DNA of 64,000 nucleotides. Origin: Candidatus Woesearchaeota archaeon. Lineage in GTDB: Archaea > Nanobdellota > Nanobdellia > SCGC-AAA011-G17 > UBA489. The notes below the pieces were generated by a model that was not told where the DNA came from, did no database searches, and was given only the letters and a program-made list of their open reading frames with translations. This document shows positions 17,212 to 25,962 of this stretch, one piece after another. Position numbers and translations under genes: made by a program. Numbering within the stretch: position 1 is the first letter of the stretch; each line of letters opens with the position of its first letter. The DNA lies in the NCBI GenBank assembly GCA_016845225.1, contig JAERTB010000010.1, positions 12,294 to 76,293 on the forward strand, read 5' to 3'.

Positions 17212-17730
17212 GTGAATATGTTATTTAGTAAGAGAGGACAACTATCTGGAATGGATGAAACTATTCCTGGAATATTAATTGGAGTAGTTATCACAGTTAT
17301 TCTAATTGGTTTAGGTGTTAGTTTTTGGGGATTATTTATCGGTGGAAGCGGAATAGATTCTCTTTCTCAAGAAACATTTGAATTAGTAACTAATGATATT
17401 CTAGATATGTATAAATTAAATGAATCTCCTAGAAATGTCCCAGTTCAATTCGATGATGCATATACATTAGTTGGGTTTGGTAGTGGAACTGAAATTGCAG
17501 GAGCATGTAAGGGAAATACAGTAATCCGATCTACTAAATGTGATGGGCCATGTATTTGTCTTTGTGAGAATGAATACGGAGATAATATGTGTAATTCTAA
17601 AAAAGTAATTTGTAGAGATTTTACCGGTATTGGTTTGGATTTTGAAGGCGATTGTAATTTAGTAGAAGGCGAAGGCGAATTACAAATTATTAAAATTAAT
17701 CAAGAGAATAATCAATTCACTATTTCTTAG
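17212..17730 (+). CDS. Type IV pilin-like protein (class III signal), Cys-rich
   Basis: (MNM)LFSKRG|QLSGMDETIPGILIGVVITVILIGL. GTG at 17212, ATG at 17218. CDGPCICLCENEYGDNMCNSKKVIC cluster. Confidence 0.7.
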   Translation: MNMLFSKRGQLSGMDETIPGILIGVVITVILIGLGVSFWGLFIGGSGIDSLSQETFELVTNDILDMYKLNESPRNVPVQFDDAYTLVGFGSGTEIAGACKGNTVIRSTKCDGPCICLCENEYGDNMCNSKKVICRDFTGIGLDFEGDCNLVEGEGELQIIKINQENNQFTIS

Positions 17731-17771
17731 GTTATCAAAAACCATTTAAGGTTAGAATTTATCTTGTTAAT

Positions 17772-18161
17772 ATGAATAAAAAAGGGGTTTCGTTGTTGTA
17801 TATCTATACATTTTATCTTGTTTTAGTAATTGTTATTTTTGTAGCATTGTATGGGAAAGTTGTTGGAAGTAAAGATGATACAGGTTATAGTTTAGAGTTT
17901 TATGCAAAAGATATTGCCTACGGTGTTGAAGGGATGTTATGGTCCGAGGGAGATGTAACATATGTTTATCCTCTGAAAGAAAAATATGATGTTTGGATAA
18001 ATAATGATGCCGGTTATGTGCATGTAAAAAAGGGATGGTCTGAAGACAAATATTCTTTTAGGGTAAGAGAGGGATATTCTATTAATGCAGAACCAAATTT
18101 AGAAAATTTTGATATGGCTAATCCTTATTCAATTAGTAAACAGGCGAGGGAGATAGCATGA
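17772..18161 (+). CDS. Type IV pilin-like protein (class III signal)
   Basis: MNKKG|VSLLYIYTFYLVLVIVIFVALYG. Confidence 0.65.
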   Translation: MNKKGVSLLYIYTFYLVLVIVIFVALYGKVVGSKDDTGYSLEFYAKDIAYGVEGMLWSEGDVTYVYPLKEKYDVWINNDAGYVHVKKGWSEDKYSFRVREGYSINAEPNLENFDMANPYSISKQAREIA

Positions 18162-18571
18162 GTTTTGTAAGGACTATGCTAATGATTAAAGCAATTGTTG
18201 CAATAATTATTGTGACGGTTTCTTCTTTTGCATTTGTATTTATCTTGAGTGGACATTTGGGAAGGGAAGTTCATAGTGAAAATGTTGAGCATTTTTTAGC
18301 TAAGGAACATTTGGTTAATGTTTTTACTGAAAATGGAGAGATTAATAGGGAAGAGTTGGATGAATTTCTTGAGATGGAACATCCTAAATTTGCACTAAAA
18401 CTAGAATTAGGGGGAGAAATTTATGTATCAAATCCTTCTCTATATGAGTATGGAAATTTTTGTAAAATAAAAGATTCTCCTGTGAGTTGTAGTAAAGAGT
18501 TTAGAGATTTTTATTTAGTTGATGGAAATTTAGAAAGAGCAAAAATAAATGTGGTGATGAAGAATGCATAA
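18158..18571 (+). CDS. N-terminally membrane-anchored small protein in the pilin operon
   Basis: MSFVRTMLMIKAIVAIIIVTVSSFAFVFIL; no KG cleavage motif. Overlaps both neighbouring genes by 4/8 nt. Confidence 0.5.
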   Translation: MSFVRTMLMIKAIVAIIIVTVSSFAFVFILSGHLGREVHSENVEHFLAKEHLVNVFTENGEINREELDEFLEMEHPKFALKLELGGEIYVSNPSLYEYGNFCKIKDSPVSCSKEFRDFYLVDGNLERAKINVVMKNA

Positions 18572-19100
18572 AAGGGGATTTGCAGGAATATCTGAAGCAG
18601 TTTCAATGTTCGTATTAGTAATTTTATTTGTGAGTTTTTGGTTGATGTTTGATATTGGAGATGCTTTTAGCGAAGAGGCTGAAGAGATAACTGCACATAA
18701 ACTTGCAGAAACTAAAGAATATGGTTTTTTGTTTTTGAAAGCGAAGGTAATCGATGAACTTGAAATGAGTTTTGGAGATTTAATTGTAAAAAGTGTTGAA
18801 AGTAATAATTATTCTTCTCTTGAAAATTTATTAATTAATGAATTTAATGAGCCTAGTTTTTATTGGACTTTAGTTATAAGAAATTTAGATGATGAAATTA
18901 TAAAAAAGTTAACGAGGGATGGATGGATAACAAAGAGCGGACAAGAAGAAACTGAACAAGTAATCTTAATTCCAGGATATAAGGAAAAAAATCTAAGAAT
19001 TATTGTAAAAATAACAAAAGGAGAAAGATTTAATCAGGCAATTGCTGATTATGATGATCCTTCTAATATTCCTAGAGGTTCTATTGGTCAAATATATTAA
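18564..19100 (+). CDS. Type IV pilin-like protein (class III signal)
   Basis: MHKRG|FAGISEAVSMFVLVILFVSFWLMF. Confidence 0.65.
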   Translation: MHKRGFAGISEAVSMFVLVILFVSFWLMFDIGDAFSEEAEEITAHKLAETKEYGFLFLKAKVIDELEMSFGDLIVKSVESNNYSSLENLLINEFNEPSFYWTLVIRNLDDEIIKKLTRDGWITKSGQEETEQVILIPGYKEKNLRIIVKITKGERFNQAIADYDDPSNIPRGSIGQIY

Positions 19101-19411
19101 CGTCTTCTCTTAGGAATTGCTAAACTGAAAATATTATTGAATTCTTCAATGTATTCTGGGTTGTAGGTTTCTAAGATTTCTCTTACTTCATAAGTATAAC
19201 AATCTACACAAACATTAAGTTCTTTTGCACAACTCAAACATTTCTCTGTATTCCTATTGTATGTGCGTAGAAAGAAGTTATTTCCTTCTAATAGTTCAAC
19301 TAACCTTGGATCTTTTGCACCCAACCATGACTTTATTTCTTCCCCCATACAGCTAAAACATAATGGAAGTTGTATCTTTTTGTCACATAACATGCAACCT
19401 TCTTTATCCAT
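19097..19411 (-). CDS. Cys-rich (8 Cys, four CxxC-type pairs) putative zinc-binding protein
   Basis: CMLCDKK...CFSCMG ... CLSCAKELNVCVDCY. Confidence 0.5.
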   Translation of the reverse strand: MDKEGCMLCDKKIQLPLCFSCMGEEIKSWLGAKDPRLVELLEGNNFFLRTYNRNTEKCLSCAKELNVCVDCYTYEVREILETYNPEYIEEFNNIFSLAIPKRRR

Positions 19412-19583
19412 TTTATTTCCTCCTATTGTTTATTCTTACTGATAATCAATAGAGATAAGCAACTATATAAGTATGTATGTTTATCAATACTCATAAGCAA
19501 TAATGATAAACTTTATAAACTAGAGTTCTCTAAATATTGCTGGGTGAGTTAGACTGTTAAATCAAGAGATTAAAGATAAAGTT

Positions 19584-20087
19584 TTGGAGTTTGTTAAGGC
19601 AAGACCTCATGGTTGTTCTTCTCAAGAAGTTTCTAAAGATTTAGGAATCAATAGATTAACATTAACAAAATATCTTTCTACATTATATTCTGAAGGAATT
19701 TTAGGTTATAAAAAAGTTGGAATGGCTAAACTTTGGTATTTTGAAAAAAATCCATTATTGAGAAGTATGTTGCACGATAGTGATCAAAGCAAAACTTTGA
19801 AATTATTGTTTAATTCTATGGGTGTAGGTGTGATGATATTAGATCAAAAAGGAAAAATAGTTTGGTTAAATAAAAAAATAAAGAATGTTGTTGGAGAAGT
19901 TTCTGGCAAAATTGTAGACGATTGTTTAACTGAAATTGCTGAGTTAAATAAAACTGCAAATGATTCTAAAAAATCTCAGTCTGAAAGTATTTCTATCAAA
20001 TCCAATAAATATTTAATAAATGCTTCTCCTATTCTAGATAAAGAGGGAACTGTTGTTGGAATTATAGATGTTTTTTCAGAACAGTAA
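19584..20087 (+). CDS. Winged-helix transcriptional regulator with C-terminal small-molecule-sensor-like (PAS/GAF-like) domain
   Basis: N-terminal SQEVSKDLGINRLTLTKYLSTLYSEGILGYKKVGMAKLWYF is a typical archaeal wHTH. C-terminal ~90 aa is mixed alpha/beta. Confidence 0.55.
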   Translation: MEFVKARPHGCSSQEVSKDLGINRLTLTKYLSTLYSEGILGYKKVGMAKLWYFEKNPLLRSMLHDSDQSKTLKLLFNSMGVGVMILDQKGKIVWLNKKIKNVVGEVSGKIVDDCLTEIAELNKTANDSKKSQSESISIKSNKYLINASPILDKEGTVVGIIDVFSEQ

Positions 20088-20095
20088 AGTAAAAT

Positions 20096-20914
20096 ATGAA
20101 CTATTTGAAAGATAAAAGAGGACTTCTTATTGAAGGTACTACTATTGTTATTGCATTCTTACTCAGTACGGCAATGGTATATTTATTCTGGGAAAAAGAA
20201 GAGACTGAAGAGTTAGTTATTGGACAGATGTTGATAGACGTATATTCTGCAGAAGCAGAAGCAGAAAAATTTGGATACTACTTTGAAAAGAATAGTGAAT
20301 ATGCATTGTTAAAAGGATTGAAACAAAACGTTGCTGCTGGATTGTTAGAAGGTACAGAATGTGAAAGTTTGTATGCTTTAGATAAAGAGGAATGTGAACT
20401 TGAAAATCTAATTGAAGTTTTTGGAAATAATGTTGGCGATCAAAGTAAAAGAAATTTTGAAGAAGATTATTCTTATGAAGGTTATGTATTAAATTTTGAA
20501 GAGATGGCTTTTGAAACTAGGAATTCAGAAGGGAAATTAATCATGAATATTAATAGTGATGAAGTTTTAGAATTTGGGAATGATGCAGAAAGAGAAATGA
20601 GTTATACCATAAAAGTTGATTATGATGTTAAACTGGATTTTGATTTTAGAGTATATGAAAATATGATTTATCCATTAAAGAATAATCTGTTATGTTTAGA
20701 AAGCCCTGAAGATATTGGTTATGAATATTCTTCAGTAAGTAATTGTCTAAATGCTTATCCTGAATTTTTAAATTTGGAGAAAGAAAATGGAATTCTTAGC
20801 TTTGATTACATTGTTAATGGTGTTCTTTTTGAAAAAGAATTAACTGGGCCATTTAAACTAGATTTAGAAGGATTTAGAAAATATTCTATGCAGGATATCT
20901 CAGATATTGCGTGA
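20096..20914 (+). CDS. Pilin-like protein with class III signal, acidic extracellular domain
   Basis: MNYLKDKRG|LLIEGTTIVIAFLLSTAMVYLFW; E at +4. Confidence 0.6.
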   Translation: MNYLKDKRGLLIEGTTIVIAFLLSTAMVYLFWEKEETEELVIGQMLIDVYSAEAEAEKFGYYFEKNSEYALLKGLKQNVAAGLLEGTECESLYALDKEECELENLIEVFGNNVGDQSKRNFEEDYSYEGYVLNFEEMAFETRNSEGKLIMNINSDEVLEFGNDAEREMSYTIKVDYDVKLDFDFRVYENMIYPLKNNLLCLESPEDIGYEYSSVSNCLNAYPEFLNLEKENGILSFDYIVNGVLFEKELTGPFKLDLEGFRKYSMQDISDIA

Positions 20915-20969
20915 ACTATTCTCTGTTACAATAATCTATAAAAAGAGATTTTTTTGATTAGTTAGTAAT

Positions 20970-21974
20970 ATGATGGGATTAGAGTTAAATGAGATTATTA
21001 CTAAGATAAGAGAGAAAACTCAGCTTTCTGAAGAAGAGGTTAGGCTTCAAATTACTAAGAAAAGAGATAAATTAAGTGGTTTAGTTAGTGAAGAAGGTGC
21101 AGCACATATTCTTGCAAATGAACTTGGAGTAGACGTAATGGAGTCTATTAGAAAACAAGGATTAAAAATTAATAAATTAAAACCTGGTATGAGGGTTGGT
21201 GTTCTTGCTAAAGTTGTAAAGTTATATGAAGTTAGAAGTTTCAAAAGAGGAGATCAAGATGCTAAAGTTGGAAGTTTCTTGGTTGGCGATGATTCAGGAT
21301 TGGTTAGAATTGTTATGTGGGATGAAAGTCATGTTGCTAAAATGGAATCTGGGGAAATCAAAGAGGGAACTATTGTAAAAGTTGAAAATGGTGCAGTTAG
21401 AGAAAATAATGGATATACTGAAATGCATTTAGGAAATTATAGCAATATTGAAACAAATCCTGAAGGCGTTGGAGAAATCAATGTAATTGAAAAAGGCAAT
21501 ATGGTTGGTGGAGCAGGTACTGGAGAATTAAAGATTACTAAATTAAATGAAGCAAGTATTGGAGATAATATCTCTGTTTATGGGACTGTTGTTCAGTTGT
21601 ATGATCCTAGATTTTATGAAGGATGTTCGGAATGTGGAAAGAAGGTAGTTGATGGAAAGTGTCCTAACCATCCTGAAGGAACTCCTAAAAAAATTCCAAT
21701 TCTTAATTTCTTTTTAGATGATGGGCACGAGGGAATTAGGGCTACAGCATTTAGAGATCAAGCTTCTAAAGTTTTAGGTATTGAAGATTCAGTACTTGAG
21801 GGTTTTGCAGATAATCCTGGCGGATTTGAAGAAGTAAAGCAGCAAGTGTTAGGGACTCAAAAAGTATTCAGTGGAAGAGTAAACTCAAATGAAATGTATA
21901 AAAGGAAAGAGTTTATGGTAAGTAATGTGCCACAGGTAGATACTGCAGATATTTTAGCTAAGTTTATAAATTAA
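20970..21974 (+). CDS. Replication protein A-like ssDNA-binding protein (OB folds plus C4 zinc ribbon)
   Basis: OB-fold-like blocks (GMRVGVLAKVVKLYEVRSF...; ISVYGTVVQLYD) and zinc ribbon CSECGKKVVDGKCPNH, the arrangement of archaeal RPA. Confidence 0.75.
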   Translation: MMGLELNEIITKIREKTQLSEEEVRLQITKKRDKLSGLVSEEGAAHILANELGVDVMESIRKQGLKINKLKPGMRVGVLAKVVKLYEVRSFKRGDQDAKVGSFLVGDDSGLVRIVMWDESHVAKMESGEIKEGTIVKVENGAVRENNGYTEMHLGNYSNIETNPEGVGEINVIEKGNMVGGAGTGELKITKLNEASIGDNISVYGTVVQLYDPRFYEGCSECGKKVVDGKCPNHPEGTPKKIPILNFFLDDGHEGIRATAFRDQASKVLGIEDSVLEGFADNPGGFEEVKQQVLGTQKVFSGRVNSNEMYKRKEFMVSNVPQVDTADILAKFIN

Positions 21975-21991
21975 TTATGTGTTAAATTATT

Positions 21992-22378
21992 ATGGCAAAA
22001 AGAAAAAAAGTTTCTAAAGTTAAAGAAGGTGTTAGTAAACAAGATATTGGAATTCTTGGCGCATTACTTTTACTTATGTTTGTATTAGTTATGGTTAAGA
22101 GTGATGGAGATTTTTCAACAATTACTGGAAAAGTAGTTGAGGAGGTTCCTTTTGCAAATGAAGTTTGGAATATTCCTGTTTGTACTATGAAATCTGCTGA
22201 AGATGCAGCTACAGAATTGAGCATGAATTATGGTTGTTCTGCTAATCATTGTTATGATGCTGCATATGGAATTAAACTGCCATACAATCTTTTAGTTAAT
22301 TTAGATTGTGAAAATTCAGATGAGCGATCTAGGTGGATAGAAGATTGTAGTAAGTTCTTTAGCGCTATATGTGCCTAA
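21992..22378 (+). CDS. Small signal-anchored, Cys-rich secreted protein
   Basis: Basic N-terminus, TM LGALLLLMFVLVMV, then ITGKVVEEVP... and 6 Cys. Confidence 0.4.
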   Translation: MAKRKKVSKVKEGVSKQDIGILGALLLLMFVLVMVKSDGDFSTITGKVVEEVPFANEVWNIPVCTMKSAEDAATELSMNYGCSANHCYDAAYGIKLPYNLLVNLDCENSDERSRWIEDCSKFFSAICA

Positions 22379-22517
22379 TTTGGCATTTACTGTATTTACT
22401 TTGTACGCCACATTTCTTTAAATATATCTTAGTTTATCCTATTCTTTGTTCTAAGAGAACACATTAACAAAAACAAAACCCAAAGGGGCTCTTGATTTAC
22501 GAGAGTAGGAGAAAAAA

Positions 22518-22817
22518 ATGGAAACAAAAGATACAAGGATTAGTTCTATGGAGAGTGCTCCAACCAGACCATATAAGGAATGGAGAGCAGGCAATGTAAA
22601 AATTGCAATTTGGAAAAATAAGAAAACTATGGAAGATGGTTCTGAAATAGAATACAAATCTGTTAGTTTGACTAGAAGTTATAGGAAGCAAGGTGAAGAC
22701 TTGTGGAGACATGATGTGATTAATCTAAGAAGAAATGATATTCAAAAAGCAATTCTTGTTTTGAATAAAGCACAAGAAGATTTGATATTGTCTGATGATT
22801 CAAAGGATGAGGAGTGA
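22518..22817 (+). CDS. Hypothetical small protein between RPA and RadA genes
   Basis: 99 aa, basic, acidic tail; GGAG-like ggagaa upstream. Confidence 0.4.
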   Translation: METKDTRISSMESAPTRPYKEWRAGNVKIAIWKNKKTMEDGSEIEYKSVSLTRSYRKQGEDLWRHDVINLRRNDIQKAILVLNKAQEDLILSDDSKDEE

Positions 22818-22826
22818 GTGTGAATA

Positions 22827-23813
22827 ATGGCTACAGGTGTTGACGTCCCAGATGACGTAAAAGCAAAAGATACAGTGAAGATTACTGACCTTCCAGGTGT
22901 TGGTGCAGCTACAGCAGATAAACTTGCAGAAGCAGGTTTTGATTCTTTAATGGCTTTGGCAGTTGCAAGTCCTGCAAAGGTTGTTGAAATCGCAGGTGTT
23001 GGTGAAGCGCCTGCAAGAAAAATAATTAATGCTGCTAGAAACTCATTAGATATGGGTTTTGAAAGTGGACTTGACCTCTTAGATAAAAGAAAAAGTGTAA
23101 TTAAAATTAGTACTGGATCTAAGAATGTGGATGAAATGTTGGGCGGTGGAATGGAAACTGGTTCTATAACTGAATGTTATGGTGCATATGGTTCTGGAAA
23201 AACTTCAATTGCACATCAGCTTGCAGTCAATGTTCAACTACCTATTGAACAAGGCGGTGCAGAGGGAGTTGCAGTATGGATTGATACTGAAGGAACTTTG
23301 AGACCGGAGTATTTGAAACCTATTGCTGAGTCTGCAGGAATTGATCCTGATGAAGCACTCCATAATTTTAGAGGGGTTCGTGCTTTTAATTCAGATCATC
23401 AGATGCTACTTGCTGAAAAAGTTGAAGATTTAATCAAAAAAGATGGATTACCTGTTAAATTAATTATTTTGGATTCTTTAATGGGCCATTTTAGAAGTGA
23501 ATTTTCTGGAAGAGGAACTTTAGCAGATAGACAACAAAAGTTGAATAAACATTTACACGCATTATTGAAAGTTGCTACACAATATAATATTGCAGTGTAT
23601 ATTACTAATCAAGTAATGTCAAAACCAGATACCTTTTTTGGTGATCCAACTGAGGCTATTGGAGGACATGTTGTTGCACACACGAGTACAGTGAGAGTTT
23701 ATCTTAGAAGAGGTAAAAAGGGTACAAGAGTTGCTAAGTTGGTTGATGCTCCTGCATTACCTGATGGTGAAGCAGCATTTATGGTGACAAATGAAGGTAT
23801 TAAGGACGTCTAA
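22827..23813 (+). CDS. radA: DNA repair and recombination protein RadA
   Basis: N-terminal HhH (ITDLPGVGAATADKLAEAGFDSLMALA), Walker A GAYGSGKTSIAHQLAV, Walker B LIILDSL, RadA/Rad51-type length and order. Confidence 0.95.
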   Translation: MATGVDVPDDVKAKDTVKITDLPGVGAATADKLAEAGFDSLMALAVASPAKVVEIAGVGEAPARKIINAARNSLDMGFESGLDLLDKRKSVIKISTGSKNVDEMLGGGMETGSITECYGAYGSGKTSIAHQLAVNVQLPIEQGGAEGVAVWIDTEGTLRPEYLKPIAESAGIDPDEALHNFRGVRAFNSDHQMLLAEKVEDLIKKDGLPVKLIILDSLMGHFRSEFSGRGTLADRQQKLNKHLHALLKVATQYNIAVYITNQVMSKPDTFFGDPTEAIGGHVVAHTSTVRVYLRRGKKGTRVAKLVDAPALPDGEAAFMVTNEGIKDV

Positions 23814-23829
23814 TAGACGTCTAAGATAC

Positions 23830-23903
23830 GTCCCCGCCAGGATTTGAACCTGAGTCTCAACCTCCGCAAGGTTACGTGCTATCCAGGCTACACTACGGGG
23901 ACT
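23830..23903 (-). tRNA. tRNA-Arg (anticodon GCG)
   Basis: Reverse complement GTCCCCG-TA-GTGT-AGCCTGGATA-GCAC-G-TAACC-TTGCGGA-GGTTG-AGACT-CAGGTTCAAATCCTGG-CGGGGAC-G folds as a cloverleaf with 7-bp acceptor, T-loop TTCAAAT and anticodon loop TT-GCG-GA. Confidence 0.8.
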
Positions 23904-24001
23904 TTCTTGTTTTTTAGCTTAAACTACTTTTAAACCTATCTTTGGAGCTTTTATTTGTTGTAGTAAGTTTTATAAATCGGATTAAAGGAATTCAAGGTAA
24001 G

Positions 24002-24178
24002 ATGGAAAAAAAGATCGTTAAATGTATGAGTACAGGCACATCAGTAACAAATGACAAAGGTAGTGTAATTTTTAATTGTCCAGGATGTAAAAAACAAAAG
24101 ATAGTTAGATCTTACAATGCTAGACAAACTTCTGTTAAGTATAAATGTCCTGCTTGTGGTTTTATTGGTCCTAATTGA
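24002..24178 (+). CDS. Zn-ribbon protein (COG2888-like) that precedes aEF-1beta in archaea
   Basis: MEKKIVKCMSTG...FNCPGCKKQKIVRSYNARQ...YKCPACGF; two CxxC pairs. ORF track extends upstream to a TTG at 23942. Confidence 0.6.
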   Translation: MEKKIVKCMSTGTSVTNDKGSVIFNCPGCKKQKIVRSYNARQTSVKYKCPACGFIGPN

Positions 24179-24189
24179 GGTTTAAAAAA

Positions 24190-24468
24190 ATGGCAAAAGT
24201 AATTATGACGTGGAAAGTTATGCCTGAGAGTTCTGAAACTAATTTAGAAGATGTTAAGGGTAAAGTTAAAGAAGCTATTGAAGGATTTGATGGCGTTATT
24301 AATGGTGAGATGACAGAAGAACCATTAGCATTTGGATTAAAATTCATAAAGGTAAGTTTTGCTTACGATGAAGACAAAGGAACAACTGATGATTTAGAAG
24401 AAGAACTTTCTTCTGGAGAGCTTATTCAAAGTGTAGAAGTTCTGAGTGTTGGAAGAGCAATGGGTTAG
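24190..24468 (+). CDS. Translation elongation factor 1-beta (aEF-1beta)
   Basis: MAKVIMTWKVMPESSETNLEDVKGKVKEAIEG...LAFGLKFIKVSFAYDEDKGTTDDLEE matches archaeal aEF-1beta (~90 aa). Confidence 0.8.
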   Translation: MAKVIMTWKVMPESSETNLEDVKGKVKEAIEGFDGVINGEMTEEPLAFGLKFIKVSFAYDEDKGTTDDLEEELSSGELIQSVEVLSVGRAMG

Positions 24469-24498
24469 TTTTTTATAATCCATTAATTTTTATTATTT

Positions 24499-25035
24499 AT
24501 GGCAGAAGAACAAAAACTTCCAAATTATATCTATGAAGATGATAATGTAGTTTGTATGCTTAATCCTATGGCTGCAACAAAGGGTCACGCAATGGTGATT
24601 CCTAAACAAAAAATTTCTGTAAGTTCTCAAATGAATGACCAATTAGCTGCACATGTTTTCATGGTGGCGAATAAATTATCTGCAGCAATCTTTGAAGTGA
24701 TGGGCGCTACTGGAACAAATATCTTAGTTTCAAATGGTGCATCTGCAGGACAAAGAATGGAACAATTTGCAGTGCATATTATCCCTAGGTATGAAGATGA
24801 TAAAGTTAATATTTCTTGGGAAAGTTCTCAACTAACTGAAAAAGATATGATTGAAAATACTAAATTGATTCAATCTAAATTAACAGTGCAAGAAGTGAAT
24901 CCAGTTAAAGAAGAAATTGAAACTCCTAAATTAGAGGAAATAGCCTCTGAAGTAAATAAAGAAACTCCTGAAGTTAAAGAAGCTGAAGAAGAATTAACTG
25001 AAGAGCATTTTGATGAAGATGAAGTTCTTCCTTAA
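24499..25035 (+). CDS. HIT-fold protein with a non-canonical histidine triad and an acidic C-terminal tail
   Basis: GHAMVIPK...NILVSNGASAGQRMEQFAVHIIPRYEDD aligns to HIT ...AGQTVFHLHVHVIPR but reads Q-x-A-x-H instead of H-x-H-x-H. Confidence 0.65.
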   Translation: MAEEQKLPNYIYEDDNVVCMLNPMAATKGHAMVIPKQKISVSSQMNDQLAAHVFMVANKLSAAIFEVMGATGTNILVSNGASAGQRMEQFAVHIIPRYEDDKVNISWESSQLTEKDMIENTKLIQSKLTVQEVNPVKEEIETPKLEEIASEVNKETPEVKEAEEELTEEHFDEDEVLP

Positions 25036-25910
25036 ATAATTGGTAAGAATATTACACTTCCTAAAATTAAAGTTGCTATTGTCCCTATTAGGAATGAAGG
25101 TACAAAGGGAATTCCTTCTTTGACAACTACTGATTTTATTTTAGATTTAATTAATAAATTAATTGATTTTTTATTTATACCTAATGGATCTTCTTTGTAA
25201 ATTAATTTTTTATTTTTGTAAACATTTCCTTGAACCCAATCTCCCTCCATTAAATTGATGGGCCTTATTTTTTTGTACATACAAGTAAGTTCTATTGTTT
25301 TTAAGAAAATTATTAAGTAAGGCATTAGTAATAGGAGAAGTGCTAAAAGTCCGCCCATATATCTCGATTGTTCAGGGAAGTAAAACCCAGTTGAAATGAA
25401 TATTGAAACTGAAAGTAATAAGGTCATAATCTTAATTGATTTGATTTTAGTTTCTTTGTTAATCTCTTGAAATTGTTTCCTGAATTTTTCTTTATTTTTT
25501 ATTGCTAATACTAATGCATAAATTACTCCATAGATTGCTCCAAGAATTAATATATTTATTACTAGAGTTAATGCAAATGGAAAGGGTGTTACTGTTTGAA
25601 TGAATGCAGGTTTTTGTGAAAATGCAGTTCCTAAAGACGTAATTAATTTTGTATCTCCTCCGCCCCATTGCCTTGTGAAATACATTAAATTTCCAAAAGC
25701 AAAAAATGCTAGAAATGTGATTCCTGCAGTTGTTAAGGGTATAAATGATTTTGTAAGGATTGTTTGCAATAATTTAATTGAAATTATGAAAAATAATAAG
25801 CCATAACTTATCCAATCAGGTATTTCTCTGGTTTTTAGATCTGAAATTGAAGCCGCAAGTAATGCTAAAAGTGCAACAACTGAAATAATGATTCCAAATA
25901 CCTCTATCAT
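25032..25910 (-). CDS. Prepilin/preflagellin peptidase (A24 family; PibD/FlaK-like)
   Basis: Polytopic; first catalytic Asp in SISDLKTREIPDW, second in WGGGDTKLI (GxGDxKL motif), as in archaeal FlaK/PibD. Confidence 0.8.
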   Translation of the reverse strand: MIEVFGIIISVVALLALLAASISDLKTREIPDWISYGLLFFIISIKLLQTILTKSFIPLTTAGITFLAFFAFGNLMYFTRQWGGGDTKLITSLGTAFSQKPAFIQTVTPFPFALTLVINILILGAIYGVIYALVLAIKNKEKFRKQFQEINKETKIKSIKIMTLLLSVSIFISTGFYFPEQSRYMGGLLALLLLLMPYLIIFLKTIELTCMYKKIRPINLMEGDWVQGNVYKNKKLIYKEDPLGINKKSINLLIKSKIKSVVVKEGIPFVPSFLIGTIATLILGSVIFLPII

Positions 25911-25962
25911 GGTTATTTTGCGTCTGAATAAGTTTATAAAGTTTTTAGCTAGTTTTGAGTAT

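Noticed and set aside
23942-24001. Upstream extension of the Zn-ribbon gene to a TTG at 23942
   Set aside because: The extension encodes a hydrophobic stretch (MELLFVVVSFINRIKG...) not found in COG2888-type proteins. The ATG at 24002 gives the conserved 58-aa form.
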